A stretch of 64,000 nt of DNA from Welwitschia mirabilis (lineage: Eukaryota), in contig JBOZIK010000001.1 in assembly GCA_051453625.1 (NCBI GenBank), forward strand, positions 43,416,308-43,480,307, given 5' to 3'. The notes under the pieces were generated by a model. It was not told the DNA's origin. It did not search any database and worked only from the letters and a program-made list of their open reading frames with translations. Numbering within the stretch: position 1 is the stretch's first letter; each line of letters begins with the position of its first letter. Positions 39,236-52,639 of the stretch are shown here, one piece after another. The translations under genes and the position numbers were made by a program.

Positions 39236-40280
39236 GTTTTTATTTTATAGGAAATAAAGTAGAACAATGCAAGGATGAAAATGAAATGCAATGCAATGGG
39301 ATTAAATGAAATTAAATGCAATGTAGAATGAATGCAAATATAATGTAATTAATTAACCAAATTTCCAATCTATTGTTACTTAGATTGGTTATTATAGCCT
39401 ATATCAATTACAAGTTCATATTATTTTCATTAAAAGTAAGATAAGTTATAAGGAAAAACAAAAAAGTATTTGAAAAGATTTCCAATTCAATCAACATTTT
39501 TATTAATAAAATTAAAGTACATCCACTTACAACAATAATTCCTCAATGGAAGATTTACTATATAACATCAAGGTAGTCCTTGTCATGAGTAGGATGAAAA
39601 AAATACTCCTAATAATCTTTAATCATCAAAATAATAAGGATGACAAAAAAGATATGAAATGAGGTATAAGAGTTATAGTTTAGAATGGATAGTTAAGGGT
39701 CACCAAGTGGTGTAAAATGAAAATGCATCATTAGGATTTATATCTTCATAACCAATAGATTAGTTTTTTAAGCTATTATATTCATCATCCATGTTATCAT
39801 CCCCATGACATAGTGGATGACCACTCTAACTACTAACTAATGCTTAACATGTTACAATCATTTAGCTTGTGTTGACTATCATCTTGGGTGTCATCCAATG
39901 ACATTCGGGGCTATTGTCATAACCTGTCTACTTGTTTCTATTATATGTCATTCTACAATGATCATTATAATGACATATAGGATGATAATCAAATCATGTT
40001 AATTAGGCTCTACTATTCTTCATTCTACATGTATTATCCTAATGACAATATGGATGATTAGTTTTTTTTTGCTTTAATCCATCTTGATCGTTTTCCTCTA
40101 GTCCATCATCATACAAAAGTAGATTCTTATGTTAGAAATCATTGCATTTAATGACCTACATGAAATATTTATATAATTTGTATAAATATCTAGAAACCTA
40201 CCAATAGGACATAAAAATATGCTCCATAAGTATGTCAAATAGGTTAATTTCTTTTCATAAGAAGACTCCCACTTAGCATT
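39236..40280 (-). mobile_element. Old Athila-like 3' LTR (left boundary approximate) and PPT (CTCCCACTTAGC, ~40268-40279)
   Basis: Shares AATGCAATGCAA and CATCCACTTACAA...CTCAATGGAAGA blocks with LTR 56338-57702; followed by 3'-internal sequence. Confidence 0.6.
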
Positions 40281-43200
40281 TGTTAGCTTGTAATAAAGTA
40301 AGAAGATACCAAGTTGAAAACTAAACTTACAAAATGAGCAAGAAAAGAAAAATGAACTCAAAACATGTATATATCATTAGAATTAAGTTTCAAGTACAAA
40401 ATGCAAAATACATCAAATCTATTAAAAAGAACAAGTGAAATAAATGTATAATACCAAGAATTAGCTCAACATCATTCCATATATTTATGTCAAGTAAAGG
40501 TAGGTGAAACATTTTGGTCCATAAATCATGTAATATATGTTTCTAACCTTCCCTCTCCTCCCATCATACTAAATATGCAAGATACCTCAAGATACATAAA
40601 TCATAAATAGAAGAAGAAGAAAGTGATTTAGGTATGAAAAATCATCCTTTATCAAAATTTAAGATAGCCATGAACTAGATCTTATAAAATCATATTTTTA
40701 TATCATAAAAAAGAATAGTAAACTAGACTAATAGCTCATGATTACAAGATTAAGTAGTAGGAGAGGTCATAGAAAAAAGAAAGACTATTTAAAAAAGGGT
40801 TAAGAGGGATAGAATTAATGCTATCATGATAAAGGATGACCAATGTGGAGGTTAATTTGATTTTATGAATAATAGTTAAGTGATGAAAAATGTAATAAGT
40901 AGACTAGAAAATGATGAAGTCCTAATTATTATTTTGGAAAAAGAGTGAAAACTAACTTTAAGAAGAGAAAGCATGTTGCAGTGCATATTTATACAATGTT
41001 TTATGCCTTGATCTAAATCCTATTAATTACAAATAAGATGCATAAAAACAACATGCTAGTATAGTCTAGAGTGATCTGAATGTCATAATTTCATCGAAGG
41101 CCAATAGTATGAAAATATAAGAGTTTATTTTGAGATAGAAATATGTAACCCTAATCACTAAAATAAATTGCAATGCATGGAATTGAAATATACTTATGCA
41201 ATACTAATCTACAAAAAACATAACGATGCACCTAAACTAATCAAGCTTAACCTTGATAAAGGTTACCCTCATAATCTATATAATAGAAGAAACCCGTCAC
41301 TAAATCTTAAACAACAAAAACTATGAGGAAGAAGTTCCTACAAATATTAAACATAAAAGACAATAATTCATATTAAAAACATAAAAGGCATCTATATCAT
41401 AAAGTAGCTATTCCTCAATAGAGGAAATGCTACTCAATACCAAGGTAACGTCTCTCTGGATTACAAGATGATTCTCCAGTCTTAAGATCTTTTGTCATGA
41501 GAACGTTAGGTACTGTCGAAGATGATTAGGAATTGAGGGGAAGACCTTTGTTTATAGACAGGAAAAGGAAAGAAAACTAACTGAAAAGCATGGAGAAAAG
41601 TCTAGCTAACATGCAAAAGAAAGTCATAATAAAGTAGTGACAACTCAGGAAAACATTTGGTAAAAGTGTGAGAGAACAATGTCTTCTTTCTTATCATCTG
41701 AACGAAGGAGGAGACAATGAAGACTAATAATTGGAACTCTTAGTCTACTTTAGTTTAACTACTTATCTAACTGTGTGTGAGGTATTATCGACTAGTTGAA
41801 GATGTCATCCGATACTGACATCTGGACGATTAGGTGGATGACAGTCTTTTATCAATCTTTAGTTAATCTAATCACTTGTTATTTGCAGAAATCATTAACC
41901 AAAATATAATTTATTCATATCTGCATAAAATTCTTATATTTTATCTGGAAATTATATGTTTTTATTCTCTTCATCTCGGTGCTTGATTATCATAAGAACT
42001 AAACATTTATCTGTTAGTTTACCTTTAAAACAACTCATAATACCTTATCAAGTACACATAAGTTAGCTATGTAACATAGTCCCCCCACTTAGCCTTGTTA
42101 GTCCCTGATAAAACTAGGTAGTAAACCATATTTACAAGCCAAGGTTTTGACAATAAAAACAACTAGAATATCTAAAAGAAGTACTAAAAAAATATTATAG
42201 TATATTACAAAGATAGACTTAATTTATAAAAATTTAAAAAATGAATAAAAATACCTATAAAGCATTAGAAAAATTAGTCATTCAGTAATAATGTGGATGA
42301 CAGGTCCCTCAAAAGATTTTTAAAACTGGGACCTGTGATAGAAAATTAAGTATTTTGTTATTTAAATAATACTAATAAATAACTTCTTACTATGATAAAT
42401 AGTTAAATATAAAGATAATTATTTAAAAAAATCAAGGAATTCTATTTCAGTAACTGGCTCAAAAGAAGGATATGCAATAATGATTTCTCAAAATCAAAAA
42501 AAATTGTATCAAAAATACTAAAATTATGTGTGTCCTTCCCCCCACTTAAAATATCCAATGCATCCTGAATTGCCTAAACTAATGAAAAGGGAAAATTCTA
42601 AGAAAAAAGGAAAAAATATAAGAAGGAGTATAAAATAGGAGACATGAAAATAGAAGAAAAGAACCGAGAATAAATGGAAGTAAGGAACAAGAAGAAGATT
42701 GTTTACCTATTCTAAGTACTAACCAAGCAAACTTCCATGAAAAACATTATAACATCACCTGAGTAAAGATGTATGACAATATGTATTAATACCATAAAGT
42801 TCATTCGAAAAGGCAGTGGTTATGATAATATCCAAAGTATCAAGTGTGTAAAATAATGAAAGTTAAAATCAAAAGTTTCTAAGAAATGGACTCATTTGCT
42901 TCTACCTACAAACTCACCGGGGTCACTAAAAGTGAAATAATCATGATTATGGGAGTGCAACCACTTTTAGAGGAGTAATAACCCATAAAGCATAGCTAGC
43001 TGACCCCCCAATGAAGTTTTCACAGCTACCATATTACACTGCCAAAGGCTCCCCTCAGAAATATTTGCCCTAGTGTACTTGCGATAGGATATCATGTTGT
43101 GTATATTTTTTACTTCCTTTTTTTTGAATACAAAAGAATAATTCCCACAGGATTACATACTTAAAAAAGATGAAGGTGAATAAGTAAGTTAAAATATAGA

Positions 43201-43689
43201 AAGAACACTCATAGATAACATAAGATTTAACCAGCACTAAAAAAAACACAAGAAACTAAGATATCTTCTTGTAATTACAATTCATAAACATGGGAATGTC
43301 TCAAAATTGGTTGAATCCAATCTTATCACATATAAATGCCCAAGTATAAAACTAATTATGATACTTTATAAAGTAATACACAAGTCAAGTTAAAAGATAA
43401 TTAAGTGAAGTCATAATATTTAATCAAGAAGTAGGCTACGAAAGAACTTAGGTAATGATAGGAAACAAATGCTTCTACTATATTTGTAGTTACATCAAAA
43501 AATCCTCATGTTATTTCAATCATTTTCTATGTGCACACACCATTTTCCACTCATAAGTTTTATGATTTTATCTTTTGCAATTTGCTTTAGGATTGGACAG
43601 TGTTGTAAAAATAGGGTTTATTTTATATTTTTCTCTAATCCTAAATAATTGACTAAATCTTTTCTACTACATCAAACACTCATATTAAA

Positions 43690-46039
43690 AATCGTTTATT
43701 TTCAAAGTGACATCTCATTAATACAGTACTTGTGTCTATGATGCAATGAGTTATTACACAGAAAGCTCTACCTAGAGGTAGGAATATTTACTTTGATTTT
43801 TAAATTCTAAAATAACTACATCTATGGGGTAGAAAGCTTCCTCTATTTGAATGACTAAGTCCTTGATTACACTTACAGGTTTTTTTATGGATGCATTAGC
43901 TGACTCGAAGATAATTTGTATAGGTTCTATTCATTCTTCCAATTCTAAACATTTACAAATGTGCAAGGGCATAATATTGACACTGGCTTCTATGTCTATC
44001 AAGGATTTCTTAATTCTATGGTTCCCTTCTAAAGTGACACTAATGGTTTCTGCCCCTGGATCTTTAAATTTTGGACACTTTTTGAAAACTAAGTTGCTAA
44101 TGGATTGAGCTATGAAGACGTTGCTAGGGATGGTTCATTTTTATTTTTGTCTAATTAGGTCTTTTCATAGTTTAGAGTATGTGGGGTTTTCTTGTAAAAG
44201 TTTCTAAAAAGATAGGTTAATGCTCATATTTTGCATTAAGGATTTTAAATGATCATCAAAGACATGGTTTGTGTTAAGACTATTAAGCCATGGAGTAGTA
44301 GGTTTCTTTTGTGATGAATTTTCTTTTCGTTGCTAAGTGAAAGAGGGGAGGAATGATTTTCTAGGATTTCTGTATCCTCTTCCTCATCGTTTTTATTATT
44401 CTAAAAAGTTGAAGCCTTATGAGTAGGATGAGTTTTGACAGTTCCACTCTTTGTCATCACCTTATAATATTTTCATACTTTGTTAGGGTTTGATAAAGGT
44501 TGAGTAGGAAGGGTCCCTTATGGTCTTTGATTGACAAGCATGGTTTTTTGTAAGATGTTTACAAGATTTTCTATGTTTGTATTAGTCTTCTCTTGAGTTT
44601 TTCTTAACTCATCGATGGAATTTCTAAGAGGATCGCTATGGTTTTGGGAGTTGAAAGGGCTTGCCCAATTATTAGGATAGTTGGATTGAAATTTTTGATG
44701 TTTAAACCTATTTATAAATAGCTGGAAGTTAGGATAATGTGTTTGGAAATTATAAGAATGTGGTTGCTCATTCATCCTATTTTGAAACTTGTGATTTGTG
44801 ACTTGACTTTGGTTATAGTTTTGAATGTAGTTGGAGGGTCTTTGGTTCAAAGAATGAACTTCTTTATAAATTATCTCTTTGCACATAGGATGTAAAGGGC
44901 AAATTTTTTATGATGTGATAACTATCCTCACACAAATTACAAGTTAAAACAATTATTTAACTCTTTTCAGTTTCTACTTTAGCATCAAGGATCATTTAGG
45001 TATATTTCTCTAAAGTAGAAGTGAAATCCTTAATGACACTAGTTAGTTAATTTTCTAATTTAGTTTCAGTTTTTTCATGTTTGACTTCTTTTAGATCTTT
45101 AATGATTTGGCCTACTGTTCTGTTTTCTTTAGAGAAGGGTTTTGGCCAAGTTTGACTTACTTTGACTAAATCTTCTAATATCTTCCAAGTATTTTTTAAA
45201 GTTTGGTTTAATAGGTTGCCTCTAAAAGAGAAATCTATAAGTTATTTGATATAAATATTTAATCTACTATAAAAATAGTCTATTAACTCTACCTTATAAA
45301 AGACATCTACTAGGTTTGAATGTAAAATAACAAAGAATCACTTGTAAGAAGAGGCATAGTCCTCATTAGTTAATTGTTGTAAGTTTATAACTTCTTTCTT
45401 ACATTTTTAGATGGTGGTTTTGTTCATAAATATTTTTATGAAGGCTTCTTGAACTTGACTCTAAGATTTTAGACAATTATGGGAAATTGTTTTAAGCAAA
45501 ATTTTAGCCTTCTCTCACAATGTGATGGGGAAAATGACCATGTAGGTTCTATTGGTTATTCACTTTATATCATTTTTGGAAGTAAGGATAAGTTGTTTAA
45601 TTTCAGTGATGTGTTGTAGGGGGTCTTCATCTAGCTCTCCACTAAAGGTAGGGTAAGCATGTAAGTTTTTAAGTTCCAAATCATCTCCAGGAGGTAAGTC
45701 AAAAGGGTTTTGGATTTCATGTTTTTTGTTCACGATGAAATCTCTTAAAGTAGCATAAGGGTTAGGTCAAAAAGGAGTAGAAGTAATGGTTCCAACGACA
45801 GGTGGTGGATTCGGTGAGATAGGTTATTTTTAACGAGAGGTCGACATTGTATTAAATTCTTTAAAATTGAAATCAGATTCACTTGCAGAATTACAATCAT
45901 AAATTTCAAGAAATTCTAAAGTTTACGTACCTGGCCTGTTTTGATTTTCAATTTGAAAATTAAGCAAACCTTCTCGGATATTTTCTGTAATAAATTATTG
46001 CTCTCTCTAATATTTTTCACCTTTTTCGATCTTAACCAT
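43690..46039 (-). pseudogene. gag: Athila-like gag-protease (decayed)
   Basis: ATG at 46039; YPTFSGELDEDPLQHI; VIFPITL*EKAK; YFYSRL; Q/N-rich linker ORF 44518-44886; PKFKDPG..KSLIDIEASVNIMPL..LPLGRAF. Confidence 0.85.
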
Positions 46040-46318
46040 TCAGTCCCAGTACTATCTTGTGCGTCGTTCTATATGTCATCCGGACGATACCTGAGATGAC
46101 AGAGACAAAAAACACAGAAAAACCACAGAACGAGAAAAAGCAGCAAAGGGATCTGTCATCCAATAGTGACATCTAGATGACTAAAAGGATGTCAGTGGTT
46201 AGTGAAAAACTAAAAACTAAAATAAAAATACTTACAGAGGGTAGTGATACATCGATGCTATAGTAAACATTTAGAATATTCATCGAAGCAATGACAACTC
46301 TCGATTTCCAAGCAGCCT

Positions 46319-46336
46319 TCCCTGGCAACGGCGCCA
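46319..46336 (-). promoter_or_regulatory. Primer binding site, tRNA-Asp (Athila-type)
   Basis: TGGCGCCGTTGCCAGGGA; 17/18 complementary to the plant tRNA-Asp 3' end TCCCCGGCAACGGCGCCA. Confidence 0.95.
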
Positions 46337-46339
46337 ATT

Positions 46340-46736
46340 TTTTATGGTGTGTATTTGTGGAATGTTTCACACTTCAATTTCAATCCTGTTAATTATAATA
46401 AGATATAAAATACAACACGCTAGTATAGATGGAGTGATCCGAATGTCGTAATTCCATCCAAGGCCAATGGTATGGATAATAAAGAGTTGATTTCAAAGAG
46501 AAATATGTAACTTTAATCTATTAATTAAATTGTCATGCATGGAAATAAAAGATGCTAATGCAAACTAATCTAAGAAAGTAAATAGTAATGCACCTAATCT
46601 AATCAAGCTCAACCTTAACGAAGGTTGCCCTCATAATCTATATAATTAAAGAAACCTGCATCTAGAACAACATAAACTATGAGGGATAAGTTCCTACAAT
46701 TGTTAACAAAAAGAGTAATTCATATTAAAGATAAAA
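46340..46736 (-). mobile_element. Additional Athila-like LTR 3' part, cut by a 100-N gap
   Basis: Homologous to 47443-47830 and adjacent to the PBS. Confidence 0.85.
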
Positions 46737-46836
46737 NNNNNNNNNNNNNNNNNNNNNNNNNNNNNNNNNNNNNNNNNNNNNNNNNNNNNNNNNNNNNNNN
46801 NNNNNNNNNNNNNNNNNNNNNNNNNNNNNNNNNNNN

Positions 46837-47442
46837 ATAAGTCAAAATGATTTTGGATTTCAAGTCTTTTATTCGCTATCAGGTCTCTTAATGTAGCATG
46901 AGTATTTGAATGAAAAGGGGTAGAAGTACTGGTGCTAATGACAGGGGGTGTATTTGACAAAATAGATTTTTTTTGATGAGAGATCAACATGGTATCAAAT
47001 TCTTTAGTATTAAAATCAGGAATTATAGGAATTTGTAAATTTTATGTACCTTTGCTCTTTTGATTTTCAATTTCAAAATTTAGCAAAACTTCTCTAATGT
47101 TTTCTGTAATAAACTGTCACTCTCTTTAATATTTTTCACCTTTTTCAATCTTAACCATTCAGTATCAGATCTAAAGTATCATCCTGTACATCATCCAAAT
47201 GATAACTTGGATGATAGAAATACAAACAACCATAAAAAAAAGGAAAAGCAAAAAAGGAAAAGTCATCTGACTATGACTTCTGAATGATGAAGGGGACATT
47301 AGATGTTAGCAAAAATAATAAAACTAAATAAAAAACTTACAAAGTACTGGTACACTGCTACTATAGCAAACATCTAGAATATCCATCGAAGCAATGATAA
47401 CTCTCAAATTCCAAGTAGCCTTCCTTGGCAACGGTGCCAAAA
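46837..47442 (-). mobile_element. Second PBS + leader + gag start (ATG 47158)
   Basis: Diverged paralog of 45697-46339; PBS TCCTTGGCAACGGTGCCA. Confidence 0.85.
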
Positions 47443-48942
47443 TGTTGCAATTCATATTTATGCAATGTTTTATACCTTGATCTAAATCCTGTTAATTACA
47501 AATAAGATGCACAAATACAACACACTAGTATAGTCGGGAGTGATCTAAATGTCGTAATTCCATCGGAGGCCAATAATATGGGAAAATAAGAGTTGACTTC
47601 AAAATATAAATATGTAACCCTAATATACTAAAATAAATTGTAATGCATGAAATTGAAATATACTTATGCAATAATAATCTATAAAAAAAACAATGATGCA
47701 CCTAAACTAATCAAGCTCAACCTTGATAAAAGATGCCCTCATAATCTATATAATAGAAGGAATATATCACTGAATCTTAAACAACATAAACTATGAGGAA
47801 GAAGTTCCTGTAAATATTAAATATAAAATATGATAATTCATATTAAAAGCATAAAAAGCATTTATATCATAAAGTATCCATTCCTCAATGGAGGAAACAC
47901 CACCCAACATCAAGATAACATCTCTTTAGATTATAAGATGGTTCTCTGGTCTCAAGATCTCCTATAAAAAGAATGTCAGGTAATATCGAAGATGATCAAG
48001 GATTGAGGGCAAGACCTTTATTTATAGACAAAAAAAGAAAGGGAACTAATAAAAAACATGGAAAAAGATCTAGCTAACATGCAAAGGACAGTAATAGTAG
48101 TGACAACTCAGGAAAACATTTGGTAAAAGTGTGAGAGAATAGTATCATCTTTCTTATCATCTAGACAAAGGAGGAGATGATAAAGTTTGATAATTAGAAC
48201 TCTTAGTCTACTTTATTTTAACTACCTATCTGACTACATGTAAGGTATTATTGACTAGTTGGAGATGTCGTCCAATACTGACATCTAAACGATTAGGTGA
48301 ATGGTGGACTTTTATCAATATTCAATTAGTTTTATTGTGTGTTGTTTATAGGAATCATTATCCAAAATATAGTTTATTCATATCTGCATAAAATGCTTAT
48401 ATTTTATTTGGCAATTGCATGTTTTTATTCTTTTCATCTTAGTGCTCGATTATCATAAGAACTAAGCATTTTTATCTATTAATTTACTTGCAAAATAACT
48501 CATAATACCCTATCAAACACACATAAGTTAGCAACGTAACATAGCAACAAATTAAGACAATACAAAAGGTAAAATGGACAAGATAAAAAATGAAGAAGAT
48601 TAACATTTTTCCCTAAATTTCAACCCTACAAAACTTCTTTATAAAGGTTATAAATACACTTGATATAGAATGCATGATTCAATGGAAAAACACCATATAG
48701 TACCATTCAAAAGGATAGTAATGATGATAATATGTAATGGTTATTTTTGCAAAGGATCAAATCATGCTTGGAATATGATTCAATTCCTCTTCAGCTATTA
48801 CAATCATAGGGCTTTGATAAGATATTATCTAATAATCAATATACTCATATGATCATGAAGCCTATGCCTCATAGTGATGGGGGTTTTTAAGTTAATGATG
48901 TGTTGAATAACACCACTCATTATGATGAGGGGAGTGCAGCCA

Positions 48943-50152
48943 TGTTGCAATGTGAATTTATGCAATGTTTCACACCTTGATTTAAATCCTATTAAATACA
49001 AATAAGATGCACAAATACAACACGCTAGTCTAGTCAGAGTGATCCGAATATCGTAATTCCATTGAAGGCTAATAGTATGGAAAATAAAAAGTTGATTTCA
49101 AGAAAGAAATATGTAACCCTAATTTATTGAAATTAANNNNNNNNNNNNNNNNNNNNNNNNNNNNNNNNNNNNNNNNNNNNNNNNNNNNNNNNNNNNNNNN
49201 NNNNNNNNNNNNNNNNNNNNNNNNNNNNNNNNNNNNNNNNNNNNNNNNNNNNNNNNNNNNNNNNNNNNNNNNNNNNNNNNNNNNNNNNNNNNNNNNNNNN
49301 NNNNNNNNNNNNNNNNNNNNNNNNNNNNNNNNNNNNNNNNNNNNNNNNNNNNNNNNNNNNNNNNNNNNNNNNNNNNNNNNNNNNNNNNNNNNNNNNNNNN
49401 NNNNNNNNNNNNNNNNNNNNNNNNNNNNNNNNNNNNNNNNNNNNNNNNNNATCTCCTGTCACAAGAATGTCAGGTACTATCAAAGATGATTAGGGATCGA
49501 GGGAAGATCTTTATTTATAGATAAAAAGGAAAGAAAACTGATAGAAAAGTAAAGGATAAACCCTACCTAACATGCAAAGGAAAGTTACAATAAAGAGGAG
49601 ACAACTCGGGCAAACATTCAGTAAAAGTAACAAAGAACAGTGTTATCTTGCTGGTCATTTGAACGAAGTATGAAATGATGAGGATTGATAATGAGATATC
49701 TGTTTAAATTCTAGTTTAACTGCTTGTGAACTGCATGCAAAGTTTTGTTGACTACTTTTGGAGATGTCATCCACTATTGTCGTCTGGATGATGAGGTGGA
49801 CGATAATGTTTGATAGGAAGATCTTTAGTTTAACTACAAGTTATCTCAAAAGAACTCCGTTTATTGCTCAATTGGAGTTGTCGACCTGACTTTTGTGTGG
49901 ATAACGGGGTGGACGATAGATGTTTCTTGATCTTTAGTCAGTCAGATTACTTTATTGTCTACAAGAATTGTTATTCAAAATGACACTTATCTATATCTAC
50001 ATGAATTGCTTTTATTTTATCTGTAATTATCATGTTTTTATCTTATGCTCCTTGATTCTCGATTTTCATAAGGATTAAGCAATTATCTATTAATTCATCT
50101 GCAAAATAACTTAAAATACACTATCAAATACCCATAAGTTGGCATTGCAACA
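48943..50152 (-). mobile_element. Solo LTR (Athila-like) with 5-bp TSD AGCCA
   Basis: Termini TGTTGCAATG...CATTGCAACA (10-bp perfect inverted repeat); AGCCA at 48938-48942 and 50153-50157; no PBS or PPT adjacent; internal N-gap. Confidence 0.92.
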
Positions 50153-50779
50153 AGCCACTACTAAATAATGACCTGCAAGCTAAAGCTAGATCATGATCAA
50201 CTAATTCTCTGGTGGAGTTCCTATAACTATCATATCATACTGCCAAAGGCCCCTCTTGGAAAACTTTGCCTTGGTATGTTTATGGTAGTACATCCTAGTA
50301 TAATTGCATAAGGGTGGTCCACATTTTTAAAAAAAATTTATTATTTTTTTAATATTTCTATCTTTCTTTTCATTTTTGTTCTTTTTTATTGAATCAGACT
50401 TACATTTTTCAAAGAATTGATTAATTATTAAAATGATGTAGTAACAAAGTATATGACTAATATGAGCATCAGATTAACCTAATTGATACTATGTAATAAA
50501 ATAAATAAGGATATTAATTGTACATATTGGAATATCTTAAAATTAGTAGAATCCAATCTTTACTACAAAAAAAAACCCAAAGTAAATAATTACTTAGTGA
50601 TGGTAATACCTATGGAAGTGAAACATAAATCAAGTTAAAGATGATTAAGTAGTATCATAACTTAAGCCAAGGAATAAGGCTAAGAAAGAATTTAATAGAT
50701 GGCAAAGGGGAGATACTCCTTTTTGCTTACAATTTAATTTCTTCTATCATGTTTAATGTATAAGAATAATCATTAAGAG

Positions 50780-51900
50780 ATTTATAAAGTTTTAACCTTT
50801 TTCCATTTAATTTTTGGATTTCCTAATTTTGAAGGTCGAAGATCTTAATAGAGCCATTGAAATCTACCCTTTCTACATGATAGGGATCAAGCCATTTAAA
50901 GATAAAATTGTTATGTAAAAGATGTACATGAGTATTATACAAAAGCATATATTGATTTGGCTCAAAGGATTTATAGAGAAGTGTTTTATCATGATGAAAT
51001 TTGGCCTTAGTGTTTTGGATGAATTGTCTATGGATAGTATTCATTTTTTTTCATTAAGATGTTGAAGTTGTGGTAAATGATTGTGAACATTAATCTAATG
51101 GTTTAACATATTAATTTAATGGATAGTACAATAAGAGTTGTAGTAAACATCAACAAGTAAACACAAGTTTTACCATATACAAGTTCATAAGGTGAAAATC
51201 TAAATGAATTATGCCAAGTAGTATAGTAAGTCCATAGCACATCATTAAGTTTAATAGATCAAGGTTTCTTATTTTTGGAAATATATTTCTAGAGTTTCTT
51301 CTTAATCTCTTTATTAGCATTCTTAGCTTGATCATTCATTTGAGAGTAATAGGCATTTGCAATTTTATGTTTAATTCCTATGAAAAGGAGGAGTTTCCTA
51401 AGAATCTTATTAATGAAGTGGGTATTTTGATCACTAATAAATATTCTAGAAAAGTAAAACCTATGGAAGATATTTGATTTTAGAAAGAAACACATGGATT
51501 TGACATCATTGTTTTAAGTAGAAATTACTTTAATCCATTTCATAACATAGTTTACAGCTACCAAGATGTAATTTGTGTTGTAAGAAGATGGTTTAAGAGG
51601 ATTTGTAAAGTCTATACTCCAATAATCAGAAGTTTCACATTCAAGAATAGGTTGTAAAAGCATATCATAAGATTTAGTTAGGATTCTAAAACATTTACAC
51701 GCATCACATCTTCATACATGATCAAAAAAGTCTTTAAAATGGATAGGTCTATAGAAGCCAACATGAAGGATCTTGATGACTATCTTTTAGCCACTAAATT
51801 AACCTCCACATACACCATTATGGCAAGGGGAAAAATGTTAATTTCTTTATCAGCACATACTTATGCATGATTTGATCTTTACATCTTTGATAAAGATGTG
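50780..51900 (-). pseudogene. pol: Gypsy integrase
   Basis: CHNGVCGG..CDACKC zinc-binding relic; YILVAVNYVMKWIKV; FISDQNTHF; YYSQMNDQAKNANKEIK; KWLDPYHVE (GPY/F). Confidence 0.9.
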
Positions 51901-52129
51901 GTTCATTCAATTCATAATCCCCTATTGTATTGAGACAAGATTTTCTTTGATTAGAAGTCTAATGTTAAGGGGTTTAAAAAGTGATAAGATAATTTACAAT
52001 ATTAACATATCAAAGAGCATGACATTGATAGGATATAGCATATAAATCATAAATGTAAAATAATTATTCATTAAGAAAGGAATTCTTAATAGAAATATTG
52101 AAAGAGAAATGAAAAGGATTGCTTTCTTG

Positions 52130-52520
52130 AGAGATTCTTGAAAGATAATTAGCAACATAATTATGTTTACCTTCTTTACCTATGATGGTTAAGTTGAACT
52201 CTTGCATGAAAAGTATCCATCAAATAAGTCTAGCACTTGATTCTTTTTCTCTCATATGATAGAAAATGGCTGCATGATTGGAATAGACATTTGTATGAAA
52301 ACTAAAAAGGTAATGTCTTAGCTTACCAAGGTAAAAGATGATAGAAAGAATTTATTTTTTTAGTGGTGGTATAGTTTAATTGATTTTCTAAAAGGGTTTT
52401 ACTAATATAAGTAATAACTCTATATTCCTTTTCATGTTTTTATCCAAAATCTTCACCTATGACAATATTACTAGCATCACACATTAACTTAAAATCTATG
52501 ATTCATTTAGGTCCCCCTAT
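52130..52520 (-). pseudogene. pol: Gypsy RNase H
   Basis: FKLMCDASNIVIG; NQLNYTTT; YSNHAAI; ARLI*WILFMQEFNLTI; NYVANYLSR. Confidence 0.9.
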
Positions 52521-52639
52521 GATGAATTCAAAAGTGATTTATCCTTAAGATTTTTAAAGTAAATTTGACAATACTCACTCCAATCAAACTTGACCTATTT
52601 TTCAAGAAGGAAATAAAAGTGTTTTTAAATCTTGGCATA

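Larger units (their letters stand above)
40974..48541 (-). mobile_element. Athila-like element with paired LTRs (3' LTR 40974-42076, 5' LTR 47443-48541), gag+protease only, degenerate TSD AAGCA/TAGCA
   Basis: The two LTRs are each other's closest match by eye; PPT TAGTCCCCCCACTTAGCC at 42077; PBS 47422-47439; flanking 5-mers 40969-40973 and 48542-48546. Confidence 0.75.

Noticed and set aside
46319..46336. tRNA-Asp gene
   Set aside because: Only the 3' 18 nt including CCA are present, next to an LTR; this is a PBS
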